Source of the DNA: an uncultured Coriobacteriia bacterium
GTDB taxonomy: Bacteria; Actinomycetota; Coriobacteriia; Coriobacteriales; QAMH01
NCBI GenBank assembly: GCA_948466335.1
Contig: CAOKAE010000001.1
Coordinates: forward strand, 70,786-134,785
DNA length: 64,000 nucleotides
Reading direction: 5' to 3'
The translations under genes and the position numbers were made by a program. A model generated the notes under the pieces. The model made no database searches and had not been told where the DNA came from. It worked only from the letters and a program-made list of their open reading frames with translations. Each line of letters begins with the position of its first letter. The stretch's first letter is position 1. Shown one piece after another: positions 29,156 through 38,246 of this stretch.

Positions 29156-29490
29156 TGCACGAGCTCTCACTGGTCCAGGGCATATTCGAGTCCGTCGTGC
29201 CCGTCGCGCGGGAAAACGGCGCCATCAAGATCACGGGCATCAAGCTCACCATCGGGGAGATGACCATGGTCGTTCCCGAGGCCATGGAGTTCGCCTTCGG
29301 CGCGCTTTCCGAGGATGACCCGCTGTTGGACGGCTGCGTGCTCGAAATGGACTTCGTGAGGCCGAAGTCGCGTTGCCTCGACTGTGACGAGGAGTTCGAG
29401 CACGACCGGTTCCACAACCACTGCCCCGCCTGCGACTCGGCGGCGACCATGCTCATAGGGGTCCGCGAGCTGGTGGTCGCGTCATTGTAA
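29155..29490 (+). CDS. hypA: hydrogenase maturation nickel metallochaperone HypA (C-terminus possibly cut short)
   Basis: MHELSL, CLDC, CPAC, RELVVASL; adjacent to hypB. Confidence 0.9.
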   Translation: MHELSLVQGIFESVVPVARENGAIKITGIKLTIGEMTMVVPEAMEFAFGALSEDDPLLDGCVLEMDFVRPKSRCLDCDEEFEHDRFHNHCPACDSAATMLIGVRELVVASL

Positions 29491-29512
29491 AGCGACCCGC
29501 CCTATTACGACT

Positions 29513-29602
29513 ATTGAGAAATGTTGGTCAGACACGTTTGTCTAATTAATTACGGGTACTGGTAAATAATGAGACAAACGTGTCTGACCAACTTGTCTCA
29601 CT
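29513..29602. repeat. REP doublet (first copy degenerate)
   Basis: Copies 29513-29547 and 29568-29602 with a 20-bp linker. Confidence 0.88.
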
Positions 29603-29621
29603 TCACAAAAGGAGGTCCGAG

Positions 29622-30272
29622 ATGGCACATATCGACCTGGAAACGAAGATCCTGAACAAGAACGACGAGGGTGCTGCGGCGAATCGCGCCCTGCTCGACG
29701 AGAAGGGCGTTTACATGGTCAACGTGCTGGCCAGTCCCGGCTCGGGCAAGACCTCGACCATCGTGGCGACCATCAATGCCCTGCGCGACAAGTACAACAT
29801 CGCCGTCATCGAGGGTGACATCGCGAGCGATGTCGATTCGCAGACCATCAAGGCCATGGGCATTCCCGCCGTCCAGATCAACACGGCCGGCGCCTGTCAC
29901 CTCGAAAGCGATATGCTGCGCCGCGCGCTCGACGTGCTCGATCTGGACGATATCGACCTCATCTTCATCGAGAACGTGGGCAACCTCGTGTGCCCCGCCG
30001 ACTTCTACCTGGGCGAGAACATCAAGATGATGATTCTTTCGGTGCCTGAGGGCGACGACAAGCCGCTCAAGTACCCGGGCATGTTCCAGGTGGCCGACGC
30101 CATCATCCTCAACAAGGTTGACGTGATGCCGGCCTTCACCTTCGACAAGGCGCTCTTCGATGAGCATATCGCGCGGCTCAATCCCAGCGCTCCGAGCTTC
30201 CCCATCGCCGCCACCAAGGGCGACGGCGTCGACGAGTGGGCCAACTGGCTCTCCGAGCAAATCGAGAAATGA
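29622..30272 (+). CDS. hypB: hydrogenase nickel incorporation GTPase HypB
   Basis: SPGSGKT, CHLE, ENVGNLVCPA, EGDDKPLKYP, NKVD. Confidence 0.95.
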   Translation: MAHIDLETKILNKNDEGAAANRALLDEKGVYMVNVLASPGSGKTSTIVATINALRDKYNIAVIEGDIASDVDSQTIKAMGIPAVQINTAGACHLESDMLRRALDVLDLDDIDLIFIENVGNLVCPADFYLGENIKMMILSVPEGDDKPLKYPGMFQVADAIILNKVDVMPAFTFDKALFDEHIARLNPSAPSFPIAATKGDGVDEWANWLSEQIEK

Positions 30273-30357
30273 GACAAATTGGTCTGACCAGTTTGTCTCA
30301 TTTTTTCATGGTACCAGTTGATAATGAGACAATTTGGTCTGACACGTTTGTCTCATT
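30268..30357. repeat. REP doublet between convergent hypB and ahcY
   Basis: Copies 30268-30302 (hypB TGA 30270-72) and 30323-30357 (overlaps the ahcY TAA). Confidence 0.95.
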
Positions 30358-31615
30358 ACACCGTGCCGAGGGTCCAGGAGTTGAGGTAGGCCTCCTGCTC
30401 GGGCGTGAGCGTGTCGATTTCGATGCCGAGCGTGCCGAGCTTGACACGGGCGATTTCGTCGTCGATCTCTGCCGGAATGTTGTAGCACTGCGGTAGCAGC
30501 TCGTCGCGATGCTTGAGCACGTACTCGGCGGCCAACACCTGGTTGGCGAAGCTCATATCCATGACCTCGGCGGGATGCCCCTCGGCAGCAGACAGGTTCA
30601 CGAGACGGCCGTCGGCTAGCAGGATGATCGTGCGGCCATCGGGCAGCGTGTACTCGTCGACGAGCGGCTTGAGCGTCTCCTTGCTCACCGCATGCTCCTC
30701 GAGCCACGGGATGTTGATCTCGCTGTTGAAGTGGCCGGAGTTGCAGATGATGGCGCCATCTTTCATGTTCTCGAACGCCGGCGCATCGATGACGTTGAGG
30801 TCGCCGGTGACGGTAACCCACACGTCGGCGAACTTCGCGGCCTCGGCGCACGGCATCACGCGGTAGCCCTCCATGTGCGCCTCGAGGGCCTTGAGCGGGT
30901 CGACCTCGCAGATGATGACGGACATGCCCATACCAGCGGCGCGCTGCGCCAGACCACGGCCGCAGAAACCGTAGCCGCTCACGACGAGCGTACGGCCCGC
31001 GAGCAGGCGGTTGGTCGCACGCACGATGCCGTCGAGCGTGGACTGGCCCGTGCCGTAGCGGTTGTCGAAGAAGTGCTTGGTGTTGGCGTCATTGACGTTG
31101 AAGGAGGGGTACTTGAGCGCACCGGCGGCGGCCATGGCGGCCAGGCGAATGACACCGGTGGTGGTCTCCTCGGTACCGCCGATCACGTACTGGAGCGCAT
31201 CCTGGCGATCGCCGTGAATGCGGTCGCAAAGGTCCGCGCCGTCGTCCATCGTGATCTGGGGCTTGGTGTCGATGACGGCATCAAGGTGCTTGTAGTAGGT
31301 CTCGGTGTCCTCGCCGCAGCGGGCGAAGACCTCGGCGCCGTAGTACTTCACGAGCGCGGCCGCCGTGTCGTCCTGGGTGGACAGCGGGTTGCTCGCGCAC
31401 AGGGCCACCTGGGCACCACCCTCGATCATGGTGCGCACGAGGTTGGCGGTCTCGGTGGTGACGTGCAGACACGCACCGACACGCACGCCCTCGAAGGGAC
31501 GCTCCTTGGCGAAACGCTCGCGAATCTTCGCGAGCACGGGCATATCGCGGTCTGCCCACAGGATACGCGCGCGGCCCTCGTCGGCAAGGTTGATGTCGGT
31601 GATGTCGTAGCTCAT
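30356..31615 (-). CDS. ahcY: adenosylhomocysteinase
   Basis: [49 protein letters not shown]. Confidence 0.96.
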   Translation of the reverse strand: MSYDITDINLADEGRARILWADRDMPVLAKIRERFAKERPFEGVRVGACLHVTTETANLVRTMIEGGAQVALCASNPLSTQDDTAAALVKYYGAEVFARCGEDTETYYKHLDAVIDTKPQITMDDGADLCDRIHGDRQDALQYVIGGTEETTTGVIRLAAMAAAGALKYPSFNVNDANTKHFFDNRYGTGQSTLDGIVRATNRLLAGRTLVVSGYGFCGRGLAQRAAGMGMSVIICEVDPLKALEAHMEGYRVMPCAEAAKFADVWVTVTGDLNVIDAPAFENMKDGAIICNSGHFNSEINIPWLEEHAVSKETLKPLVDEYTLPDGRTIILLADGRLVNLSAAEGHPAEVMDMSFANQVLAAEYVLKHRDELLPQCYNIPAEIDDEIARVKLGTLGIEIDTLTPEQEAYLNSWTLGTV

Positions 31616-31681
31616 GGCTTCCTCCTCGGTAAATAGCTGTGGCACATACTACCACGCGGCAAAATTGACGATAGCATGACA

Positions 31682-31716
31682 AATGAGACAGATTTGTCTG
31701 ACAAGATTGTCTCATT
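31682..31716. repeat. 35-bp REP-like palindrome (family A)
   Basis: aatgagacagatttgtctgacaagattgtctcatt. Confidence 0.93.
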
Positions 31717-31717
31717 T

Positions 31718-31733
31718 GTTAGCAACTGTTAAC
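31718..31733. promoter_or_regulatory. candidate DtxR/MntR-family operator GTTAG-N6-(C/T)TAAC
   Basis: gttagcaactgttaac; the same motif occurs before feoA and feoB. Confidence 0.6.
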
Positions 31734-31741
31734 ATCGAGCC

Positions 31742-31993
31742 ATGAATCTTGCGAGTTGGATCATACTCATCATCGTGGCCCTGTGGGCCATCATCGCCAT
31801 CAAGGTCGCGTTCTTCGGTGGCTTTGGCAAGAAGCGCTCCTGCCATGGTGCCATGCTGCCAAGTGACGAGGAGCGCAAGCTTCCGAGCGCCTGCATGGGC
31901 TGCAGCAAGGGCAGCTGCGCCGGCTGCGCGAGCGCTGCAGGCAAGCACGACATCCCCACGCCCACCATCCGAGAATCCCACGAACAGAAGTAA
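31742..31993 (+). CDS. FeoB-associated Cys-rich membrane protein
   Basis: Single N-terminal TM followed by CMGCSKGSCAGC. Confidence 0.7.
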   Translation: MNLASWIILIIVALWAIIAIKVAFFGGFGKKRSCHGAMLPSDEERKLPSACMGCSKGSCAGCASAAGKHDIPTPTIRESHEQK

Positions 31994-32009
31994 TCTCTCT
32001 GACCTGCGG

Positions 32010-32042
32010 AATGAGACAAATACCCTGTGTATTTGTCTCATT
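32010..32042. repeat. REP variant with 14-bp perfect stem and no TGTCTGACC core
   Basis: aatgagacaaatac-cctgt-gtatttgtctcatt. Confidence 0.85.
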
Positions 32043-32217
32043 ATGCAGACGCGACCGACGGGAATATCGGTCGCGTCTGCACGAGAGAGAAGAGAGCGCC
32101 GTTCAGCATAGCCGTTTGCGGCTATATTATTCTACGTCATAATTATTCTTCTTGTAAAATATTCTTTTGTTGGTATATTTCACTTGTCAAATTCGCTTCG
32201 CGAAGGAGGAGGATCCA

Positions 32218-33027
32218 ATGGAGTGTGCCAAGAAGAGAGTCTGGGGAAGTCTGGGAATCGCGCTTGTCGCCGTCATGGTCGCGTTTGCCGGCATTTTGCT
32301 GACAGGCTGCGGTTCGTCAACCACGGAATCGCAGTCCCAAGCAGCCAATCTCGAGGGACACCAGCTCGATATCTATTGTGGTGCGGGCATGACCGACCCG
32401 TTCCAGGAGATCGCCGATCTCTTCACCGAAGAAACCGGTTGTGTGATGAACGTGACCTATGCCAACGCGGCTCAGATTCAGACGCAAATCAACACGACCG
32501 GTGAGGGCGACTTCTTCATCGCCGGCTCGAAGGAGGAGCTCAAGCCCATCGAGGCAGCCGTCTCCTCGAGTGAGGACCTCGTGAAGCACATCCCCGTGCT
32601 CGCCGTACCGGCCTCGAACCCCGCCAACATCACGGGCATCGCCAGTCTCGCCGGCGCCCAGCGCGTGCTCGTGGGCGACCCGGACGCAACCCCCATCGGC
32701 AAGATCGCGAAAAAGGCGCTTTCCGACGCTGGCCTATGGGATGCGCTCATGACCGAGGGCGCCATCACCACCACGACGACCGCTCCGCAAATCACCACGG
32801 CCCTGGCCAACGGCGAGGGCGATGCCGGCATCGTCTGGAAGGAGAACGTGAAGGGCAACAACGTCACCATCGTCGACACGACCGACCTCGACGGCCTCGT
32901 CAAGGTGATTCCCGCAGCGCAGCTCACCAGTGCGCAGGACGTCGCCGCGGTCAACGCCTTCAAGGAGTTCCTGCAGAGCGACGCCGTGTGGGACATCTGG
33001 GCTTCCTACGGCTACGAGCGTGCCTAG
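32218..33027 (+). CDS. modA: molybdate ABC transporter substrate-binding lipoprotein
   Basis: Lipobox LTGC; YCGAGM; GDPDATPIG; operon with permease and ATPase. Confidence 0.85.
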   Translation: MECAKKRVWGSLGIALVAVMVAFAGILLTGCGSSTTESQSQAANLEGHQLDIYCGAGMTDPFQEIADLFTEETGCVMNVTYANAAQIQTQINTTGEGDFFIAGSKEELKPIEAAVSSSEDLVKHIPVLAVPASNPANITGIASLAGAQRVLVGDPDATPIGKIAKKALSDAGLWDALMTEGAITTTTTAPQITTALANGEGDAGIVWKENVKGNNVTIVDTTDLDGLVKVIPAAQLTSAQDVAAVNAFKEFLQSDAVWDIWASYGYERA

Positions 33028-33973
33028 CATCGCGCATCGCGCAGACGAGCCGCGCAAGCACAGCGGACGCATCCGGGAGCTTTTCCCGACGCTCACCATC
33101 ATCATCGCGACTGTGGCGCTCCTGTTCATCGGGAGCGCCATCGCCGCCATCGTGACGGGTGGCCTGACGCACTTCCACGAGGCCATCACCTCGGCCGAAG
33201 TGCTGTTCTCGCTGCGCATGAGCGTGGTCACGTCCGTCATCTCGACTGCCATCTGCCTCGTGCTCGCACTGCCCACCGCCTACGCGCTCTCGCACACGAA
33301 CATGCCGTGCAAGCGCATCGCGAGCATTCTCATGGAGCTCACGCTGTCGCTGCCCTACATCTTGCTTGGCTTCGCGCTGCTGCTCATCTTCTCGTCACCC
33401 TTTGGCAAGGCGCTCAAGGACATGGGGCTTGCCGTCGTCTTTCAACCGGCGGGCATCGTGTTCGCGCAGCTCATCGTCAATTTGCCCTTTGCCATACGCA
33501 TGACGCGCACGGCTCTCGAGGAGATTAATCCCCGCATGGAATTCGTCGCCAAGACGCTCGGGGCGAGCTCGTGGCAGGTGTTTCGCAGTATCATCTTGCC
33601 GCAGGCGCGCAACTCCATCATCTCGTGCGCGGTGCTCACCTGGGCGCGCGCCATGGGGGAGTTCGGCGCCACGCTCATGCTCGTGGGCGTCACGCGCATG
33701 AAGACCGAAACCCTGCCGGGAAGCATCTACCTCAGCATCTCGACGGGAAATAACGACGTCGCCATGGCAACGGCCATGATCATGCTTATCGTCTCGGCTC
33801 TGACGCTCGTGCTGGCAGGCGTCTTGAACCGCCCGGTAGGGGCGACGAGGGTGAGCGGTGCAACTCCGCACGGACGTTTCGGGCGCTGCGGGGCCAAGCA
33901 ATGCGACAGACCCGCCAATAGCCTCGATGACCTGGCCACGACCCCCTTCGAAGAGGAATCCTATGGCCGGTAG
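33020..33973 (+). CDS. modB: molybdate ABC transporter permease
   Basis: AQLIVNLPF, AKTLGAS, WARAMGEFGAT. Confidence 0.88.
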   Translation: MPSIAHRADEPRKHSGRIRELFPTLTIIIATVALLFIGSAIAAIVTGGLTHFHEAITSAEVLFSLRMSVVTSVISTAICLVLALPTAYALSHTNMPCKRIASILMELTLSLPYILLGFALLLIFSSPFGKALKDMGLAVVFQPAGIVFAQLIVNLPFAIRMTRTALEEINPRMEFVAKTLGASSWQVFRSIILPQARNSIISCAVLTWARAMGEFGATLMLVGVTRMKTETLPGSIYLSISTGNNDVAMATAMIMLIVSALTLVLAGVLNRPVGATRVSGATPHGRFGRCGAKQCDRPANSLDDLATTPFEEESYGR

Positions 33974-34694
33974 CATCGAAGTGCGCGAGCTCGAGGTCGA
34001 GCGGGGGTCGTTCACCCTGCACGTGTCGTCTCTCGACGTGCGACCACGTGAAATCTTCGCCATCCTCGGCTCGACGGGGTCGGGAAAGACCGTGCTCATG
34101 GAAGCCGTCGCCGGTGCGTGTCCATGGAAATCCGGCACGATCCTGCTTGACGGCAAACGCGCCGACAGCCTTCCCGTCCAACAACGCCACCTGGGCATCC
34201 TCTACCAGGACTACGCGCTGTTTCCTCACATGACCGTGCGCGAGAACATCGGCTACGGCCTCAAGGTGCGCAAGGCACCTCCCGGCGTGATACGCCGGCG
34301 GACGGACGATCTGCTCGAGCGCTTCGGGATTGCCGATATCGCCGACCGGTATCCCGGCGTCATCAGCGGCGGGGAGGCGCAACGCACCGCACTGGCACGG
34401 GCGCTCGTGCTCGAGCCGGAGATACTGCTCCTCGACGAGCCGTTTTCGGCGCTCGACCCGGCGACCAAACGCAAGATGTACGCGGTCATGCGCGAGGTAC
34501 ACGAACGTTTCGACTGCACCATCGTGTTCGTCACCCACGACTTCCACGAGGCGCACGTGTTGGCCGACAGGGTCGGCATCGTGCTGGGCGGGGAGCTGCG
34601 CGCCGTACGAGATGCGGACGACCTCTTCAACCCCGCCGGTCTCGATGACGATGTGCTGGCGTTTCTCGACATCGGCTGCGATAAGATCCAATGA
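33963..34694 (+). CDS. modC: molybdate/tungstate ABC transporter ATPase
   Basis: GSTGSGKT, QDYALFPHM, ISGGE, LLLDEPFSALD. Confidence 0.85.
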   Translation: MAGSIEVRELEVERGSFTLHVSSLDVRPREIFAILGSTGSGKTVLMEAVAGACPWKSGTILLDGKRADSLPVQQRHLGILYQDYALFPHMTVRENIGYGLKVRKAPPGVIRRRTDDLLERFGIADIADRYPGVISGGEAQRTALARALVLEPEILLLDEPFSALDPATKRKMYAVMREVHERFDCTIVFVTHDFHEAHVLADRVGIVLGGELRAVRDADDLFNPAGLDDDVLAFLDIGCDKIQ

Positions 34695-34882
34695 GGACGC
34701 CCCGCGTCAAGCTGCGGCAAAAGACCGGGTTTTTCTACTTCGGCGCTTCGCGCTTCGGTCGAAATGACAGGAAAAGCAAGCGTTCTGTCTCATTATCTGC
34801 AAATTCAGATAAAGAACACGCCATGATTATCTGAACGTAGTAGAATAGGGGCATCCCATTCATCGACCGAGCGGAGCTCATC

Positions 34883-35302
34883 GTGGCAATTGGCGATCTC
34901 ACCCCATCTTACGAGGACTACATAGAGGCAATCTACGACCTCGCCCTGCACGGCAGCGGCTCGGTGCGATCCACCGACGTTGCCGACGCCTTGGGCTTCT
35001 CCAAGGCCAGCGTCGCGCGCGCGACCAAGAACCTGCGCGAGATGGGTTACATCGAGCAGGAGCGCTACGGAGAGATCACGCTCACGCAAGCTGGCCGGGA
35101 GTACGGCGAGCACATCCTCACCCGCCACCGCATGCTACGCGCCTTCCTCATCGACGCGCTTGGCGTGGACGAGGAGGCGGCGAACCAGGAGGCATGCATG
35201 ATGGAGCACACCATCAGCGAAGACACGATGGCCAAATGGATCGCGTGGTACGAGAAGAACTACGGCCCTGTCTCGGCGACGCCCACGAGCAGGGCGATGT
35301 AG
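34883..35302 (+). CDS. DtxR/MntR-family metal-dependent repressor
   Basis: EDYIEAIY, DVADALGFSKASV, RHRML, EACMMEH. Confidence 0.9.
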   Translation: MAIGDLTPSYEDYIEAIYDLALHGSGSVRSTDVADALGFSKASVARATKNLREMGYIEQERYGEITLTQAGREYGEHILTRHRMLRAFLIDALGVDEEAANQEACMMEHTISEDTMAKWIAWYEKNYGPVSATPTSRAM

Positions 35303-35354
35303 GGACGCATCACTCAAAACCCCGCGACTCACGATCAACCCCCCCCCGAACGCA

Positions 35355-35380
35355 GGAAACGCCCCCGAAGGGGCGCTTCC
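35355..35380. terminator. hairpin between the convergent regulator and feoB
   Basis: ggaaacgcccc-cgaa-ggggcgcttcc. Confidence 0.5.
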
Positions 35381-35402
35381 CGGAGAGAGGGAGGTCTGTT
35401 TG

Positions 35403-35419
35403 ATGAGACAGTGTCTCAT
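35403..35419. repeat. collapsed REP (arms only) supplying the feoB stop
   Basis: atgagaca-g-tgtctcat; TCA at 35416-35418. Confidence 0.8.
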
Positions 35420-37623
35420 GCGGCGGCCTTCACCGCCTTGCGCACTTGCTCGGGCGCGGCAGGCTTGCTTGCCGGGCGAAAGAGCATCCAGAACAGGGCT
35501 GCCAAAAAGACGACGGCGACGATGGTGCCGAGCGTGAACGCGCCGGTCACTACCCATGCGCCAATTTGGAAGATGATGAGCGCGACAACGTAGGCGAATC
35601 CGCATTCCCAGCCGATGGCGGCCCAGAACCACTTGTTGAAGCCGCCCATCTCGCCCTTGATGGCGCCCATGGCCGCGAAGCACGGCGCGCAGAGCAGCTG
35701 GAAGGTCATGAAGGCGAAAGCCGCGACGGGAATGAGCGCGGCCGAGCCGGCACTCGCCGCAAGCGACGCCAGATAGGCGCTTTCCCAGGCCACGCCTGCG
35801 TCGCCACCATAGACGATGGCCAGCGTGGAGATGACGTTCTCCTTCGCGATGAGGCCAGTCACGACGGTGGAAGCGCACTCCCAATTGCCGAAGCCGAGCG
35901 GCGCGAAGACCCACGCGAAGGCGTTGCCGAAGTACGCGAGGAACGAATGGTCCATGAGCTCCTCGCCCACCCACATGAATTGGCCTTCGTAGATGCCGTA
36001 GCCCGAGAGGAACCACACGACGATGGTGGCGAGCAGGATGATGGTGCCGGCCTTCTTGATGAACGCCCAGGCGCGATCCCACATGCTGCGCAGCAGGTCG
36101 ACGAAACGCGGAAGACGGTACTCGGGGAGCTCCATGACATAGGGCGTGACTTTGCCCATGAAGGGCCTGGTCTTGTGCAGGATGACGCCCGATACGATGA
36201 TGGCCGCGATGCCCATGAAGTACGCGAGCGGGGCGACCCACCACACGCCGCCAAAGACCGCCGTCGCGATGAGCGCGATGATGGGAAGCTTGGCGGAGCA
36301 GGGCATGAAGGTCGTGGTCATGACCGTGAGGCGGCGGGCGCTCTCGGATTCGATAGTGCGCGATGCCATGATGCCCGGCACGCCGCATCCCGTGCCCACG
36401 ATCATGGGCACGAAGGTCTTGCCGGACAGCCCGAAGCGCCGGAAGAGACGGTCGAGGATGAAGGTGACGCGCGCCATGTAACCGCACGACTCGAGGATGG
36501 CGAGCAAGAAGAAGAGGATCATGATCTGCGGCACGAAACCGAGCACGGCACCCACGCCGGCAACGATACCGTCCATGATGAGGTCGTAGAGCCAGTCGAC
36601 GCAACCCACGGCCTCGAGCGCGGCCCCGATGATGGCGGGGATACCGGGAATCCACAGACCGCTTTCCTCGGCACCAAGCCACCATCCATCACCGAAGACG
36701 CCGTCGTTGGCCCAGTCGGTTGCGTAGGTGCCGACCGTGGAAATGGAGATGTAGTAGATGAGCGTGATGATCACGACGAAGATGGGCAGTGCCAGGATGC
36801 GGTTGGTGAGGACGCTGTCGACCTTCTCGGAAACGGTCGCGCCCGAGATGGCCCGCTTGTGCACGCGCTTGATGAAGCTCTCGATATAGCGGTAGCGTTC
36901 GTTGGTGATAATGGCGTCGGAGGAGTCGTCGAAAAGGCTCTCGGTCTCGAGGATGAGGTCGTCGCAGTTGACCTTGGTTCCCAGCTCGGCGATGGCGTCC
37001 TGATCGCGCTCGAAGAGCTTGATGGCGTAGTAGCGGCGCATCTCTGCCGGCATGACGCTCGGAAGCTTGTCCTCGATCTTGGCAAGGGCAGCTTCGAGCT
37101 CGGAGGCAAACTGGACCGGTTGCGGCATGATGCCATCGCGGGTCGCCTTGACCGTGGTGGCCACGAGGTCTTCGAGGCCGTCACCCCTGAGCGCCGATAT
37201 CTCGACGACGGGAACCTGCAGCTGCTCGGAGAGCTCCTTGGACTTGATGGTGTAGCCGCGCTTCTTCACGATATCCATGAGGTTGAGCGCGACCACGACA
37301 GGAATGCCGAACTCCATGAGCTGCGTGGTCAGGTAGAGATTGCGCTCCAGATTGGACGCGTCCACGATGTTGATGATGACGTCGGGGTGGCCGTCGGTCA
37401 GGTAGTTGCGGGAGATGACCTCCTCGCTCGAATAGGGCGACAGCGAATAGATGCCCGGAAGGTCGACGAACTTGATGCTCTTGTCGTTCTTCAGATGCCC
37501 CGTCTTGCGCTCGACGGTGACGCCGGGCCAATTGCCGACGTACTGATGATTGCCCGTGAGCTGGTTGAACAGCGTCGTCTTTCCTGAATTGGGGTTGCCC
37601 ACCAGCGCGATGGTCGTTTCCAT
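35416..37623 (-). CDS. feoB: ferrous iron transport protein B
   Basis: GNPNSGKT, GNWPGVTVE, DLPGIYSL, SCGYMAR, GCGVPG, PCFAA. Confidence 0.96.
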   Translation of the reverse strand: METTIALVGNPNSGKTTLFNQLTGNHQYVGNWPGVTVERKTGHLKNDKSIKFVDLPGIYSLSPYSSEEVISRNYLTDGHPDVIINIVDASNLERNLYLTTQLMEFGIPVVVALNLMDIVKKRGYTIKSKELSEQLQVPVVEISALRGDGLEDLVATTVKATRDGIMPQPVQFASELEAALAKIEDKLPSVMPAEMRRYYAIKLFERDQDAIAELGTKVNCDDLILETESLFDDSSDAIITNERYRYIESFIKRVHKRAISGATVSEKVDSVLTNRILALPIFVVIITLIYYISISTVGTYATDWANDGVFGDGWWLGAEESGLWIPGIPAIIGAALEAVGCVDWLYDLIMDGIVAGVGAVLGFVPQIMILFFLLAILESCGYMARVTFILDRLFRRFGLSGKTFVPMIVGTGCGVPGIMASRTIESESARRLTVMTTTFMPCSAKLPIIALIATAVFGGVWWVAPLAYFMGIAAIIVSGVILHKTRPFMGKVTPYVMELPEYRLPRFVDLLRSMWDRAWAFIKKAGTIILLATIVVWFLSGYGIYEGQFMWVGEELMDHSFLAYFGNAFAWVFAPLGFGNWECASTVVTGLIAKENVISTLAIVYGGDAGVAWESAYLASLAASAGSAALIPVAAFAFMTFQLLCAPCFAAMGAIKGEMGGFNKWFWAAIGWECGFAYVVALIIFQIGAWVVTGAFTLGTIVAVVFLAALFWMLFRPASKPAAPEQVRKAVKAAA

Positions 37624-37661
37624 ATCGTGCTTCGTTCCTCTCCTTGTTGGTACCTGTTGCT

Positions 37662-37707
37662 CATGAGACAGTTTTGTCTGACCAATTTGTCTCAAATTTG
37701 TCTCATT
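37662..37707. repeat. REP with tandem-duplicated right arm
   Basis: catgagacagttttgtctgacc followed by aatttgtctca twice and tt. Confidence 0.88.
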
Positions 37708-37708
37708 T

Positions 37709-37724
37709 GTTAGCGTCTGCTAAC
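37709..37724. promoter_or_regulatory. candidate DtxR-family operator upstream of feoB
   Basis: gttagcgtctgctaac (perfect GTTAG/CTAAC arms). Confidence 0.6.
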
Positions 37725-37784
37725 AGAAGGTCAAAAGAATGAGCCGGGTATGGAAACAGCCGGCCCATTCGCCTTACCGCGTGT

Positions 37785-38009
37785 TTATATCGCCGCGACC
37801 TCGATCTTGCCGAGGTCTTCCTTACGCAGGGACAGATGATAGCCGCGCACCGTGAGATCGACGGGGTCGCCCAGCGGGGCGACTTTGTCGACCGTAATCT
37901 GGGCGCCCTTGGTGATGCCCATATCCATGATGCGGCGGCGCGTGGCACCCGAGTCGCGCAGCTTGAGAACCGTATAGCTCTTGCCTGGTTTGACGTCCGA
38001 AAGAGTCAT
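37785..38009 (-). CDS. feoA: ferrous iron transport protein A
   Basis: RRRIMDMGITKG...APLGDP...VRGYHLSLRK. Confidence 0.94.
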   Translation of the reverse strand: MTLSDVKPGKSYTVLKLRDSGATRRRIMDMGITKGAQITVDKVAPLGDPVDLTVRGYHLSLRKEDLGKIEVAAI

Positions 38010-38022
38010 GTCTTCCTCCAAA

Positions 38023-38059
38023 GTTAGCTTTGTTTAACTGCATATTAGACATTGCTAAC
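38023..38059. promoter_or_regulatory. two tandem candidate DtxR-family operators upstream of feoA
   Basis: gttagctttgtttaac (38023-38038) and attagacattgctaac (38044-38059), starts 21 bp apart. Confidence 0.6.
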
Positions 38060-38124
38060 TTATTGTCAAGAAAGAGGGTTGGAATTTTTTCGCGAGCGGG
38101 AGTGGAACGTCCGTTACGCCCGCA

Positions 38125-38140
38125 TTTGTTGCGCAACAAA
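38125..38140. promoter_or_regulatory. perfect 16-bp palindrome TTTGTTGCGCAACAAA
   Basis: Near-identical copy at 44105-44120. Confidence 0.55.
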
Positions 38141-38246
38141 AAGAGAGAACGGCGAAATATAATACTTGCGCAACTTTTCGTTTGACGCAGCTTACGCGCA
38201 TCACAACCGCGGCGTATTCGCACGATGCACCATCGAGGGAGGGAAC

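Noticed and set aside
23643-30357. CRISPR mini-arrays (35-bp palindromic repeat plus spacer)
   Set aside because: Never more than two units, linkers are only 20 bp and share a motif, cores occur in mixed orientation, no cas genes in the window, and a RAYT is adjacent
32101-32200. ModE box or Moco riboswitch upstream of modA
   Set aside because: AT-rich promoter-like DNA with a small hairpin but no convincing consensus match
37624-37695. N-terminal extensions and small ORFs containing MRQIGQT or NETNVSDQ (feoB, TSUP, hypB, acyl-CoA synthetase)
   Set aside because: These are translations of the REP; better starts lie downstream
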